Of a stretch of DNA of 64,000 nucleotides, positions 10,201 through 20,515 are shown one piece after another (position 1 is the first letter of the stretch; each line of letters starts with the position of its first letter). Both the position numbers and the translations under genes were made by a program. Under the pieces are notes generated by a model, which did no database searches, had not been told where the DNA came from, and saw only the letters and a program-made list of their open reading frames with translations. Origin of the DNA: Methanothrix sp. (GTDB lineage: Archaea > Halobacteriota > Methanosarcinia > Methanotrichales > Methanotrichaceae); assembly GCA_037128175.1 (NCBI GenBank), contig JBAXWY010000006.1, positions 1 to 64,000 of the forward strand, in the 5' to 3' direction.

Positions 10201-10386
10201 ATGGCAGCCAAAAAAGGTGCCAAGAAGGGCGCAGTTATTGGAGCCTCTAGATTTTATGAGGTAACCGGCGACTCCATCAAGTCCAAGAAGTCAGTCTGTC
10301 CCAGGTGCGGCAATGGCGTATTTTTGGCCAGCCATGTCGACAGACAAAGCTGCGGCAAGTGCGGTTATACGGAGTTCAAGAAATAG
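10201..10386 (+). CDS. rps27ae: 30S ribosomal protein S27ae
   Basis: [25 protein letters not shown]. Confidence 0.96.
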   Translation: MAAKKGAKKGAVIGASRFYEVTGDSIKSKKSVCPRCGNGVFLASHVDRQSCGKCGYTEFKK

Positions 10387-10450
10387 ACCCGGGGTTGCCC
10401 GGGTCCTGATTCTTGGACCTGATTTTGCTATTTTATTAGATTTTCCTCTT
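10386..10450 (+). terminator. Hairpin followed by T-rich tracts, putative operon terminator
   Basis: gacccggg-gttg-cccgggtc followed by T-runs. Confidence 0.5.
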
Positions 10451-10526
10451 TTACACGCTCCGGTCACCGGGTCACTTTTCGTTCCTGCTGCAGGGTATCT
10501 ATTTAAGAACAGGATGCACAATTATT

Positions 10527-11396
10527 ATGGGTGTTTATTTGGCTGAAATTGGTATATCTACCCCGATAGCCCTAATGGTAGCGTTTATTATCTTATCCCA
10601 GGCTATAAAGATCGTTCGAGAGTATGAACGAGTGGTCGTATTTCGTCTGGGGCGCTTTTCCGGAGTGAAGGGGCCAGGCATATTCTTTATTATCCCCATT
10701 ATCGATCGCGTTATACTGCTTGACCTGAGAGTCTTTACCATCGACGTGGCCAAGCAGGTGGTCATAACCAAAGATAACGTGAGCGTGGAAGTGGATGCAG
10801 TCATCTACTACCGGGTGGTAGATCCCTCCCTGGCTATCATAAAGGTAGAAAATTACAAGGTTGCTACCTCCTTGCTGGCACAGACCACCTTGCGGGACGT
10901 TCTGGGACAGATTGAACTGGACGACCTGCTCTCCAAGCGCGACGAATTGAACAAGAAGCTGCAGGATATCTTAGACAGGCACACCGATCCCTGGGGAATC
11001 AAGGTTACCGCGGTCACACTGCGGGACGTGTCTCTGCCCGAATCGATGAGAAGAGCGATTGCCAAGCAGGCAGAATCGGAAAGAGAAAAGAGGTCGCGCA
11101 TCATCCTGGCCGACGGCGAATTCCTGGCCTCCAAGACCATGACCGATGCCGCCCGGCTTTATGCGGAAGTGCCTGCTGCTCTCAAGCTGCGGGAGCTGCA
11201 AACATTGGTCGATATCGCCAGAGAGAAGACGCTCATCGTGGTCACACCCAGTGGGGACACAGGGAGCGGGGCCATGGTCGGCCTGACGGCAGCCTTGAAC
11301 CGGGAGCTTTCCGAGAGAGAGACATCCCGGAAAGACGAGGCTAAAAAAGATGCCTTGAGAGAGGCAGAGAGCGAGACCGTAAGAACCAGGAGATGA
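10527..11396 (+). CDS. SPFH/stomatin (slipin) family protein
   Basis: EYERVVVFRLG, ITKDNVSVEVDAVIYYRV, AQTTLR, WGIKV. Confidence 0.95.
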   Translation: MGVYLAEIGISTPIALMVAFIILSQAIKIVREYERVVVFRLGRFSGVKGPGIFFIIPIIDRVILLDLRVFTIDVAKQVVITKDNVSVEVDAVIYYRVVDPSLAIIKVENYKVATSLLAQTTLRDVLGQIELDDLLSKRDELNKKLQDILDRHTDPWGIKVTAVTLRDVSLPESMRRAIAKQAESEREKRSRIILADGEFLASKTMTDAARLYAEVPAALKLRELQTLVDIAREKTLIVVTPSGDTGSGAMVGLTAALNRELSERETSRKDEAKKDALREAESETVRTRR

Positions 11397-12760
11397 AAAA
11401 CCAAATGTTGAAGAGCCGTTCCTGCTCGGTATCTTTTGGGGGGGCGGCCCCATCATTTCCTCTCAGGAGACAGAGAGTAGCCTTCCTTTTCCTTTTATCG
11501 CTCTTGCTGCTCTTATTGCCGGCGCTTCCCATCGCTTCCGCCACCACCACCGGACCGGTTCTGGCAGTAGAGCTGCAGGGTACCATCACGCCAGCCAGCG
11601 ATGACATCGTAGCTGCGGCCTTGCAGGAGGCAGAGACGGGCGGCTTTGCTGCCGTGATACTCCTATTGGATACGCCGGGCGGCGGACTGACCGAGACCTA
11701 TGAGATCCAGAGACTGATGGAAGAGACGAAGGTCCCTGTCATAGCCTACGTTTATCCTGCGGGTGCTGCGGCCTGGTCGGCGGGAACGCTCATCCTGATG
11801 AGCTCCGATGTGGCAGCAATGGCGCCGCACTGCATCATCGGCTCGGCTCAGCCGGTGCGGCTCTCGGCGTTAGGCGAAGCCCTGCCCATCAACGATAGCA
11901 AGACCACCAATGCCATCGTAGCCCTGATCGAAGAAAAAGCGAGAGCTCACGGGCGAAACACGACTGCTGCCAAAGAGTTCGTTCTCTCCAATCTGAACCT
12001 GAACGCTGATGAGGCTAAAAATTACGGTGTGATCGAGTACATCGCGCCGTCTCCCGAGAACCTGATGCGCCAGATCAACGGCAGTCGTGCCAAGAATACC
12101 ACCCTGCTCACAACGGCAGCCGCGGTGCAGTACTTTTCGCCGCCCATAAACTTGCAGCTCTTAAAGCTCCTCTCCGATCCGACGCTAGCTGGGTTGCTCA
12201 TGCTGGTGGGCCTTTATGCCCTTGTTTTCGGCCTGTCCAGCCCAGGCATCGGATCGGAGGCCTTTGGTGTGGTGGCCCTGGCTTTAGGTCTGATTGGACA
12301 GGGCTATAATGTGAATATAGGTGCTGTTTTCCTACTACTGATCGGCCTGGGGCTGATTTTGGCGGAGCTGCACAGCCATTCCTTTGGAATATTGGCCGTG
12401 GCCGGGCTGATATGCGTAATAGTCGGCAGCATCCTTTTTATCCCCACCAGCTTTCCCCAGTGGTATGTGCCGGGTAGCTACCAGCGGTCTATGGCCCTGG
12501 ACATCATCCTGCCATCGCTGATCTTGGGCGCATTCCTGACCGTGGCCATTTACAAGGTAGCACGAGCCAGGGTTTCCAAGCCGATGCTGGGCCGCTTCGT
12601 CGGTGAAGAGGCAGTGGCCATTGACAGGCTGGACAGGAATGGCTACGTGCTCTTCCAGGGAGAGTACTGGCAGGCGGAAGCTGAGGATACGACAGAGAAG
12701 GGCGCGAATGTGGTGATCACCGGCAAGGAAGGGTCCAGGCTGAAGGTGAAACCACGTTAA
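11393..12760 (+). CDS. nfeD: NfeD-family membrane-bound ClpP-class serine protease
   Basis: LDTPGG, AAWSAG, IGSAQP, TM region, C-terminal OB fold GEYWQA; paired with stomatin. Confidence 0.93.
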   Translation: MKNQMLKSRSCSVSFGGAAPSFPLRRQRVAFLFLLSLLLLLLPALPIASATTTGPVLAVELQGTITPASDDIVAAALQEAETGGFAAVILLLDTPGGGLTETYEIQRLMEETKVPVIAYVYPAGAAAWSAGTLILMSSDVAAMAPHCIIGSAQPVRLSALGEALPINDSKTTNAIVALIEEKARAHGRNTTAAKEFVLSNLNLNADEAKNYGVIEYIAPSPENLMRQINGSRAKNTTLLTTAAAVQYFSPPINLQLLKLLSDPTLAGLLMLVGLYALVFGLSSPGIGSEAFGVVALALGLIGQGYNVNIGAVFLLLIGLGLILAELHSHSFGILAVAGLICVIVGSILFIPTSFPQWYVPGSYQRSMALDIILPSLILGAFLTVAIYKVARARVSKPMLGRFVGEEAVAIDRLDRNGYVLFQGEYWQAEAEDTTEKGANVVITGKEGSRLKVKPR

Positions 12761-12786
12761 TACTTTAAATAAAATTGTGATTAATA

Positions 12787-14064
12787 TTGGTGAAAGGTAT
12801 GAAAGTAATGAGCAAGATTTTGATAATGGCCTTAATTGCCATATTATTAACCATAAATTGCGTCAGCGCTGGTATGGTAAGCCTGACTTATGATGACGGC
12901 AATGTTGATGACGCCGTCTGGATCGATGAACAAAGGGGCCACGGTGTGGTCTTCACAGCACCGGCCGATAATTGGAGTTTAGCCCAGGTGGCTATTTTAG
13001 GAAAGCTGGTTGCACCGTCCAAATCGGAGATGTTTGTGATCGAGGTTTGGGATCAAAACCTATCTCTTCTGTATAAAACTACTGATAAAGCAAGTGCATA
13101 TTTCGGTGATAACTTAACCTGGTCACTGGTTGACTTGCCTGATGTCAAAGTCTCCGGCGATTTTCTCATCGCTTTCTTCGAGTTCGCCGGCGTATGGCAG
13201 GGAGTTGACACGTCCCCTTCATCAGGCAGGTCCATTCTAGTTGCCAGAAACCCCAACAGAATATTGAATTGGAGTGTGCAAAACCGTACCCAGAACCAGA
13301 CCAACTGGATGATCCAGGCCGTCGGACACTCTCCAGAACCCGACATTACAATCTCGGTCCTCTTGGATACGGCTAGCGAAAAGAGCCCCGCAAAAATAAA
13401 GGCGAAGACTACAGACACTGACGGCAATCTTAAAAGCGCCACCGAGTACGTTGTGGACAACAAGACCAGAGAGATCGTCTGGTCAGAAGTAGTGGAGATG
13501 ACGGGAAGCAGCGCCGAAGCGGAGTTCTCCTGGCCGGCAGTCGCATTTAGGATTTCTGCAAACGGTCAGGATGAGGGCGTGATATTCGCAATCAATAATC
13601 TGGGGGTTATGGCGAATTTGAGCCGTTTGTTGGCCTACTCTGCGCCCTGCATCCTTGAGCTGGATAAAAACGTGAACTTCACCGCACAAGCGTATTTCGG
13701 AGAGGATGGGCAGTTTAATGCATTGATAGATTCGTATGGATTCACTCATTATCTGTCGCAGGATATCCTGAATATCACAACGCCGGGCATTGATTACGAG
13801 AAATTTGTTAAGAATAATATTACCATAATCAAAGATAAGAGCCAGATCGGATTTATCAATATGATGGTTCCTGCCAGGCAAGATGAGCCGGCATCGAAGA
13901 TAATCGGGCCGATAGTGCTCTCTGGCACTCCATCTTCCCATTACGATCTCAAATTATTGCGATCGAATGCTGGCATGGGTGAATATATTGCCATAGTCAA
14001 GGTAGAAGATCAGGCATTCAACGTATTGAGCGATATAGGAGACAAGGCAATCAAGGTGAAATGA
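12787..14064 (+). CDS. Hypothetical secreted protein
   Basis: Signal peptide followed by LTYDDG; 425-aa ORF. Confidence 0.8.
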   Translation: MVKGMKVMSKILIMALIAILLTINCVSAGMVSLTYDDGNVDDAVWIDEQRGHGVVFTAPADNWSLAQVAILGKLVAPSKSEMFVIEVWDQNLSLLYKTTDKASAYFGDNLTWSLVDLPDVKVSGDFLIAFFEFAGVWQGVDTSPSSGRSILVARNPNRILNWSVQNRTQNQTNWMIQAVGHSPEPDITISVLLDTASEKSPAKIKAKTTDTDGNLKSATEYVVDNKTREIVWSEVVEMTGSSAEAEFSWPAVAFRISANGQDEGVIFAINNLGVMANLSRLLAYSAPCILELDKNVNFTAQAYFGEDGQFNALIDSYGFTHYLSQDILNITTPGIDYEKFVKNNITIIKDKSQIGFINMMVPARQDEPASKIIGPIVLSGTPSSHYDLKLLRSNAGMGEYIAIVKVEDQAFNVLSDIGDKAIKVK

Positions 14065-14070
14065 TTTTCA

Positions 14071-14106
14071 AGGGCGGATTGGCTTTGCTCCGCCCTGCTC
14101 TTTTTT
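14071..14106. terminator. Hairpin between convergent genes
   Basis: agggcgga-N10-tccgccct followed by a T-tract. Confidence 0.55.
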
Positions 14107-14980
14107 AGTTCCTGCTGATCATGGTGCCAACGCCCTCGTGGGTGAGCAGCTCCAGCAGTATGGCGTGATGCTTCCTGCCGTCAATGATGTGAGCTTTCTC
14201 AACTCCTTCCCGCACCACGGCAACGCACGCTTCCACTTTAGGGATCATGCCACCCTTGATGACGCCCCCCGCCACCAGCCGGTCGAAGTCGGAGGCAGGA
14301 AACTCGGATATGACGCTCTTCGGATCGTCGGGATTCATGCGCACGCCCTCCACGTCAGTGATGGAAAAGAGCTTCTTGGCCCGCATGGCCACGGCCACAG
14401 CTCCGGCCACGGTGTCGGCGTTGACGTTGAGGTTATTGCCCTGGCCGTCAGACGCTATTGGAGAGATGACGGGGATATAGCCCTTGCCGGCCATGATCAT
14501 GAGTATCTCCGGGTCCACCTTCTCCACATCGCCTACGAATCCCAGGTCCACAGGCTCCATGCCCTCTACTTTGAGCAGTGCCTTCTTCCGGGCCCTGAGG
14601 AACATGCCGTCCTGGCCGGATAGGCCAATGCCCTTACCCCCGTGCTTGCCGATTAGGTTGACAAGCTCCGCATTGATGTTGCCGAGCAATACCATGCGAG
14701 CGATGCCCAGCGTCTCTTTATCGGTGACACGAAGGCCCCCCACGAATTCGGCCTTCTTGCCGAATTTCTCCATGGCCTGGGAGATCTCAGGACCGCCGCC
14801 GTGCACAATGATGGGATGAATGCCGATGTAGCGAAGTAGCACCACATCCTGGATGAAATCCTCCAGCACAGCGCGGTCGGACATGATAGAGCCCCCTATC
14901 TTGAAGACCATGATGCTGTCGTAGAACTCACGGATGTAGGGCAGAGCCTCAATGAGCACCTGTTCTCTCTTAACTGTCAC
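14105..14980 (-). CDS. argB: Acetylglutamate kinase
   Basis: EALPYI, KIGGS, VHGGGPEI, GLRVTD, NVNAD, GGMIPK. Confidence 0.96.
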   Translation of the reverse strand: MTVKREQVLIEALPYIREFYDSIMVFKIGGSIMSDRAVLEDFIQDVVLLRYIGIHPIIVHGGGPEISQAMEKFGKKAEFVGGLRVTDKETLGIARMVLLGNINAELVNLIGKHGGKGIGLSGQDGMFLRARKKALLKVEGMEPVDLGFVGDVEKVDPEILMIMAGKGYIPVISPIASDGQGNNLNVNADTVAGAVAVAMRAKKLFSITDVEGVRMNPDDPKSVISEFPASDFDRLVAGGVIKGGMIPKVEACVAVVREGVEKAHIIDGRKHHAILLELLTHEGVGTMISRN

Positions 14981-14993
14981 AACTCATACCCCT

Positions 14994-16700
14994 CTATTCG
15001 ATGGACATCAACACGTCGCCGGGAGTGACGGTCGTCCCTTCATTGATGTATATCTCTTTTACAGTCCCATTCTTATCGGCCAGGATGTTCTGCTCCATCT
15101 TCATGGCTTCTATCACGACCACTGCATCTCCCTCGGCCACCTTGTCGCCCTTCTTGACCTTGTAGCGGATGATAACGCCCTGCATGGGCACGGTTAATCC
15201 ATCCTTGGGGGCTTTGGGCACAGCCTCCTGGATGGTCATGCCGGCCGGGGCAACCTTGACCAGATAGGACTCACCATCGATCTCGACATTAAGGGCCATG
15301 GGCTCTGCCTTCAGAGGGGCAGACGATGTCGCTGTGGGCTGCTTTTTGATCAGTTGCTCTTCCACAGCCGTGCCCTGCAGGAACTTAAGAGCCACCTGAG
15401 GATAGAGGGCATAAGTGAGATAATCCTCTTCCTGTTTAGCCAATCCCAGGGCATCGACTGCTTTCTTGGCGCTTTCATATTCAGGTGGCAGCAGATCTGC
15501 GGGGCGCACCGTAATGGGCTCCTCATCGCAGAGGACCTTCAGCCTGACCTGGGGGTCGATCATAGCCGGCGACTTTCCGTAAAGGCCTTTGACATAGTCT
15601 TTGACCTCTTTGGGGACCATTTTGTATCGATCGCCCGTAATTACATTAAGGACTGCCTGCGTGCCCACTATCTGGCTGGTGGGTGTGACCAGGGGCGGAT
15701 ATCCCAGGTCCTTTCGAACCTTCGGTATCTCGGCCAGCACCTCATCATACTTGTCCAATGCCTTTTGCTCGATGAGCTGGGAGACCAGATTGGAGAGCAT
15801 GCCGCCCGGAACCTGATAGATCAGGACATTGGTATCCACGCGTGCCGAGATGGCATTGAAGACCGGCGCATAGATCTCCATGATCTTCTCGAAGTACCTC
15901 TTGATCTCGGTAAGAAGCTCCAGATCCAGGCCCGTGTCGTAAGGGGTTCCCTGCAATGACGCCACCAGGCTCTCTGTGGCGGGCTGAGAGCTGCCGCCGG
16001 AGAGAGGCGACATAGCCGTATCCAGGATGTCCACTCCTGCCTGGCAGGCATGGAAGTAGCTCATCTGGGCCATGCCGCTGGTGCAATGCGTATGGAGATT
16101 CACCGGTAGGTTGACCTCCTTTTTCACAGCCCGGATAAGGTCGTAGGCATTTTGGGGAGTTATCAGTCCGGCCATATCCTTGATGCAGATAGAGTCGCAT
16201 CCCAGCTCCGCAAGCCGGACGGCAAACTCTGCAAACAACTCATTGCTATGTACAGGGCTGATGGTGTAGCTAATGCCGCCCTGGACGTGCTTTTCCATTT
16301 TTTTCGCAGCTTTGATAGAACGTTCCATGTTGCGAATATCGTTCACAGCATCGAAGATCCTGAATATATCAACACCGTTAGTGGCCGCTTTTTGCACAAA
16401 CTTGTCCACTAAATCATCGGCATAATGCCTGTATCCGACCAGGTTCTGCCCGCGAAGCAGCATCTGCATCGGAGTATTAGGCATGGCCTTTTTTAATGCC
16501 CTCAGCCTTTCCCAGGGATCTTCGTTCAGATACCGAATGCAGGTATCGAACGTCGCTCCGCCCCATGTTTCCAATGAGAAGAAACCAACCTGGTCCATCT
16601 TCTCTGCTATGGGTAGCATGTCCCTGGTCCTCATCCTGGTGGCCAGAAGAGACTGGTGAGCATCCCTAAAAACCGTGTCTGTAAGCTTAACCCTGCCCAT
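14994..16700 (-). CDS. pycB: Pyruvate carboxylase subunit B (carboxyltransferase + biotin carrier)
   Basis: RDAHQSL, WGGATFD, IKDMAG, HTHCT, PGGMLSN, EAMKM. Confidence 0.93.
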   Translation of the reverse strand: MGRVKLTDTVFRDAHQSLLATRMRTRDMLPIAEKMDQVGFFSLETWGGATFDTCIRYLNEDPWERLRALKKAMPNTPMQMLLRGQNLVGYRHYADDLVDKFVQKAATNGVDIFRIFDAVNDIRNMERSIKAAKKMEKHVQGGISYTISPVHSNELFAEFAVRLAELGCDSICIKDMAGLITPQNAYDLIRAVKKEVNLPVNLHTHCTSGMAQMSYFHACQAGVDILDTAMSPLSGGSSQPATESLVASLQGTPYDTGLDLELLTEIKRYFEKIMEIYAPVFNAISARVDTNVLIYQVPGGMLSNLVSQLIEQKALDKYDEVLAEIPKVRKDLGYPPLVTPTSQIVGTQAVLNVITGDRYKMVPKEVKDYVKGLYGKSPAMIDPQVRLKVLCDEEPITVRPADLLPPEYESAKKAVDALGLAKQEEDYLTYALYPQVALKFLQGTAVEEQLIKKQPTATSSAPLKAEPMALNVEIDGESYLVKVAPAGMTIQEAVPKAPKDGLTVPMQGVIIRYKVKKGDKVAEGDAVVVIEAMKMEQNILADKNGTVKEIYINEGTTVTPGDVLMSIE

Positions 16701-17200
16701 GAAGATCTTCTCCTATACGGTCCCTCTTCCTTAAAACCCCATCGCCTTTTGATTATTAATTCTCCAGCACAACCACGGATAAGTTATATAAAGCTAATGG
16801 CAAGCCCATCAAGTAATGCGACATCAGAATATGGTTCTAACGAAAGTCTGCACGATTTATTGCCTGCATTCTCAATTTTGAATTTAAAAATACTTGCTCT
16901 TTTTCGTAGCTGTTTTCTTTTTATTATTGCCAATAGTTGTCCTGAAGGTCAAAAGATTAAAAAGGAAGAATTAAGGGCAAACCGTAAGGCATTGCTTTGC
17001 CTTGTTTCCTGCAGACCACATAGAATATATGTTATGTTATATTTATATTAGTCTCAGTTTTGTCAAATTTAGTACTTCAAAAGCTGGCGAGATTTGTTTT
17101 GTTAACATGTATATGGACGAATGATATCGTTCTGTACATATGTGTCCACCTAAAGCGTCTATTAATACTAAGATACATTATTTAGTAAATAGGAGAATCT

Positions 17201-17608
17201 ATGAGACTTAGAGTTGTCAGCGCAAGAAATGAGATTCCAAATCTCAACCCTAATGAAAAGACTGTTCACCTGGCTTTTCGGGCCAGCAATGTAGACTTCC
17301 TCAATCTGATGCAGAGATGCCCCCGGCTAAGGATGATTCAGGTACCACCCTCCTACCGCAAGACCATGTCCAATGCCATCCAGGTATTTCTGGACATGCA
17401 GGGCATTGAGCTCCTGGAAGGAGATGTTTGGGGCCACCGAAAGGATCTGGATGAGTACTTCACCGTAGACGACACCACCATGGAAGAGATCCGCTCCCTG
17501 GCCGCCAACGGTGCCAGCATGGACGAGGTATCCAACCAGATTCAGAAGAAGGCCAGAATCGGTCCGGAGCTGGTCAAGTACATCGTCAAAAGCAAGATCA
17601 CCGTTTGA
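17201..17608 (+). CDS. DUF1699 family protein
   Basis: VHLAFRASNVD, LEGDVWGHRKDLDEY. Confidence 0.9.
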   Translation: MRLRVVSARNEIPNLNPNEKTVHLAFRASNVDFLNLMQRCPRLRMIQVPPSYRKTMSNAIQVFLDMQGIELLEGDVWGHRKDLDEYFTVDDTTMEEIRSLAANGASMDEVSNQIQKKARIGPELVKYIVKSKITV

Positions 17609-17620
17609 TATTTAGAATAT

Positions 17621-17647
17621 GAGCCGGATTGCCGATCCGGCTCTTTC
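17621..17647 (+). terminator. Hairpin terminator
   Basis: gagccggat-tgccg-atccggctc-ttt. Confidence 0.55.
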
Positions 17648-17748
17648 ATCAATTACGATATTTTTAGAATAGTCTTTCTTCACAGTCCTGTCTTCAATTA
17701 TTATCACTTTGGAAAAGTAAAAGAATCAAGCGAATCAATGAAATTCCA

Positions 17749-18201
17749 ATGATCAAAAAAATCATGATAGCCACCGATGGATCGGATACGAGCAAGAAGG
17801 CAGCAATGATTGGCATAGACATCGCGCACCGCGCAAACGGCAGCATCACAGCCGTCTATGTCATGGAGATCTTGCGCCTGGCCCACCTGCCGGGATACGC
17901 TACCATGCCGGGACTTAAAGAGAAGATTTTAGAGCTCATGCAAGAAGAGGGACAGCAATCAACGAAGTTCGTTGAAGATCAGGCCAACAGAATGTCAGTC
18001 TCCTGCCACAAGATCGTGGTCCAGGGCAGCCCTAGTGAGGAGATTCTCAAGATCTCCCAGAGCCATGGGATTGACCTCATCATCATGGGCAGCTTAGGCC
18101 GCACCGGCATGGAAAAATTTCTCCTGGGGAACGTTGCAGAGAAAGTGGTCTTGCAGTCCACAATTCCTGTGCTCTTGGTTAAAGGAGAGTCAACGATCTA
18201 G
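17749..18201 (+). CDS. Universal stress protein
   Basis: KIMIATDGS, GSP, IIMGSLGRTG, LLGNVAEKV. Confidence 0.95.
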   Translation: MIKKIMIATDGSDTSKKAAMIGIDIAHRANGSITAVYVMEILRLAHLPGYATMPGLKEKILELMQEEGQQSTKFVEDQANRMSVSCHKIVVQGSPSEEILKISQSHGIDLIIMGSLGRTGMEKFLLGNVAEKVVLQSTIPVLLVKGESTI

Positions 18202-18202
18202 A

Positions 18203-18418
18203 TCACTTTGCTTTTGCCGCTATAAACTCCCGCGCCAGCCTTGCCGCCAGGAGCGCCGTCTCGCCGCGATCATAGGCTGGTGTAAGCTCGTTTATGTCCA
18301 GACCGATCGCCTTTGGCGCAACACGCTCAATCACTCTCTTTACATCCCAGGAGGTGAGGCCAAAGGGTTCCGGGTTGCCAACAGCCGGCGCGAATGCCGG
18401 ATCGAGGGCATCAAGATA
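18203..18418 (-). pseudogene. speB: C-terminal remnant of agmatinase
   Basis: Hand translation gives YLDALDPAFAPAVGNPEPFGLTSWDVKRVIERVAPKAIGLDINELTPAYDRGETALLAARLAREFIAAKAK*; no start codon; begins about 10 bp after the aIF5A stop. Confidence 0.85.
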
Positions 18419-18426
18419 ATTGGATT

Positions 18427-18810
18427 TCAGCGCACGTCCAGCTTGGTCCGGCCCATGACGGAGAGATAGGATACCTCTTTTCCTTCCTCGATCTTCGGTT
18501 TCTGATCCTCGGTTATAGGAACATCGACTGTAGCGTAGGTGCCCAGGTCCATGATCTGCACCGATGTGCTGCCGATGGATAGAACCTGCCCCGTCTTGCG
18601 CTCCACATTGGGCACATAAATCTTGGTGGTAACCGGCTGAACGATGGACTTCTTCTGGTTGTCGAAGATGCCTATAGCGTCCACCCTGGCCTTGGCACTG
18701 CCATGTTTCCCAGGCTTGGAATGGGATATGCTTCTGATTATGCAGGGCTCTTCGTCGATGATAACGTATCTTCCTTCTTTCAGCTCTCTGACCTCAACCT
18801 GCTCCTTCAT
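18427..18810 (-). CDS. eif5a: Translation factor aIF5A
   Basis: SKPGKHGSAK hypusine motif. Confidence 0.97.
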   Translation of the reverse strand: MKEQVEVRELKEGRYVIIDEEPCIIRSISHSKPGKHGSAKARVDAIGIFDNQKKSIVQPVTTKIYVPNVERKTGQVLSIGSTSVQIMDLGTYATVDVPITEDQKPKIEEGKEVSYLSVMGRTKLDVR

Positions 18811-18845
18811 TTCATCACTCCTAGCGACGAATGCAACTCTCCTAT

Positions 18846-19949
18846 TTAAAGGATGTCTTTCATGCGTCGCATTGCTTCCTCAAGCTCTGAGCGCGCCGCA
18901 GCATAAGAAATTCTGATGTGCTCTTTTCCACCCGGCCCAAAGGCCGATCCGGGAACAACAATGACACCCGATTTGCCTAAGCGGGCAGCGACCGCGTCGC
19001 CGTCTCCCACCCGGGGAAAGAGATAGAAAGCGCCTTCAGGCTCAATGATATCGACGCCCATCTCCCGGAAGCCTTTTACCAGCAGATCCCGACGAGCTTT
19101 GAATTCGTCCCTCATCCGAGCTACGCACTCCTGCGGCCCGGTGATGGCCTCCAGGGCAGCGGCCTGAGAGATGGAGGGCGCGCAGGCCTGGACATACTGG
19201 TGGATCTTGAGCAATTGTTCGAGCGCGCCACCTTTAGCCACCAGATAGCCCAGCCTCCAGCCAGTCATGGCATAGGTCTTGGAGACGGCATTAACGGTGA
19301 TTACGTTGTCCGAGAACTGGCCTGGGCTGACATGCTTACCTGTGTAAATGAAATGCTCATAGACCTCATCAGAGAGCACCGCGATGCCTCTGTCTTCTGC
19401 AATTTCGGCAATGGCGCGCATCTGCTGGGGCGTTGCCACCGAACCCGTGGGATTGGAAGGCGAATTGACTATTATCAGCTTAGTTTCTTTGGTTATCCTC
19501 TCCAAAATAGCATCGGGAGCAAGGCGCAGGTTGTCATCGAGAGGGACGCTCACGGGTCTGCCGCCTACCAGGCGGGTCAGCTCGGCATAGGAAAGGAAGC
19601 TAGGATCACCGATCAGAACCTCCTCGCCCCGGTCGACCAGCGCGGCTATGACCAGGAAGAGAGCCTCGCTGGCCCCGCTGGTCACCATGATCTCCTCCGC
19701 AGTGCAATCGATCCGGTTCTCGGAGCAAAACTTTTTTGCGAGGGCACTTCTAAGGGCCGGCACACCACAGTTGGGGGTGTAGCCGCACAACCCCTTTTCA
19801 ATAGCAACAATCGCCGCCTTCTTGATATGCTCCGGCGTGTCGAAGTCGGGCTGGCCCAGTCCCAAATTCACGGACCCGGGGGCCGCTCCCTCAAAACATT
19901 TCCTTATGCCTGATATCTCAATCTTTTCCGTGCAGCTTGCAAATCTCAT
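18846..19949 (-). CDS. PLP-dependent class I/II (aspartate-type) aminotransferase
   Basis: GQPDF, NSPSNPTG, DEVY, SKTYAMTGWRLG. Confidence 0.93.
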   Translation of the reverse strand: MRFASCTEKIEISGIRKCFEGAAPGSVNLGLGQPDFDTPEHIKKAAIVAIEKGLCGYTPNCGVPALRSALAKKFCSENRIDCTAEEIMVTSGASEALFLVIAALVDRGEEVLIGDPSFLSYAELTRLVGGRPVSVPLDDNLRLAPDAILERITKETKLIIVNSPSNPTGSVATPQQMRAIAEIAEDRGIAVLSDEVYEHFIYTGKHVSPGQFSDNVITVNAVSKTYAMTGWRLGYLVAKGGALEQLLKIHQYVQACAPSISQAAALEAITGPQECVARMRDEFKARRDLLVKGFREMGVDIIEPEGAFYLFPRVGDGDAVAARLGKSGVIVVPGSAFGPGGKEHIRISYAAARSELEEAMRRMKDIL

Positions 19950-20473
19950 GGCTCCTCTCTCCTGCCAACAGCTCCCACCGGCTCATCCTTATAAACCACA
20001 TTTTGTGTGCCAAAGCAATTGAGCCCGGACAGCTCCTCTTTTATCAGATTCATCCTGATTTTGCCCCCTCTCCAGTAAAGGGTGATCTTTACATCCTCTT
20101 TCTCCGTCTCCTGGGAGATGGACTCCATGAACATCTCCAGTGCCCGGATATTGGAGAACGGAACCACAAATATGGCCCTGTATTTCTCTTTCTTCCGGGC
20201 ATAAGAGGTGAGGATGTAGCCGTTGTTCTCAAACTCGCTGATCTCTTCGAAAAGGCATAAAACCTCCTTCTCATGCTCCGCGGTTCCATCGACCTTGGAG
20301 ATAATCAGAAGAATCTTGGCGATAAGCGACTTATCAAATTTTCTTCCGAACCAGATATTGATAGTGCCCTGGGTGAGGACAATGGATACCGCAGAGCCGC
20401 TCACCTCAATGGAGACCGGCTCCGGCCTGTTGCCTGAAGAGCTGGGCATAGCCGCTAGATCGAGCGTAGCCAA
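19946..20473 (-). CDS. Hypothetical protein
   Basis: 175-aa ORF coupled to the aminotransferase by a 4-bp overlap. Confidence 0.7.
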   Translation of the reverse strand: MATLDLAAMPSSSGNRPEPVSIEVSGSAVSIVLTQGTINIWFGRKFDKSLIAKILLIISKVDGTAEHEKEVLCLFEEISEFENNGYILTSYARKKEKYRAIFVVPFSNIRALEMFMESISQETEKEDVKITLYWRGGKIRMNLIKEELSGLNCFGTQNVVYKDEPVGAVGRREEP

Positions 20474-20515
20474 TATAACCGTTTCGCGAATAATCTCCTA
20501 GAGAGGAATGATACT

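Noticed and set aside
6890-10386. Pyrrolysine read-through at frequent TAG stops
   Set aside because: The proteins are full length at these stops and the next genes start immediately.
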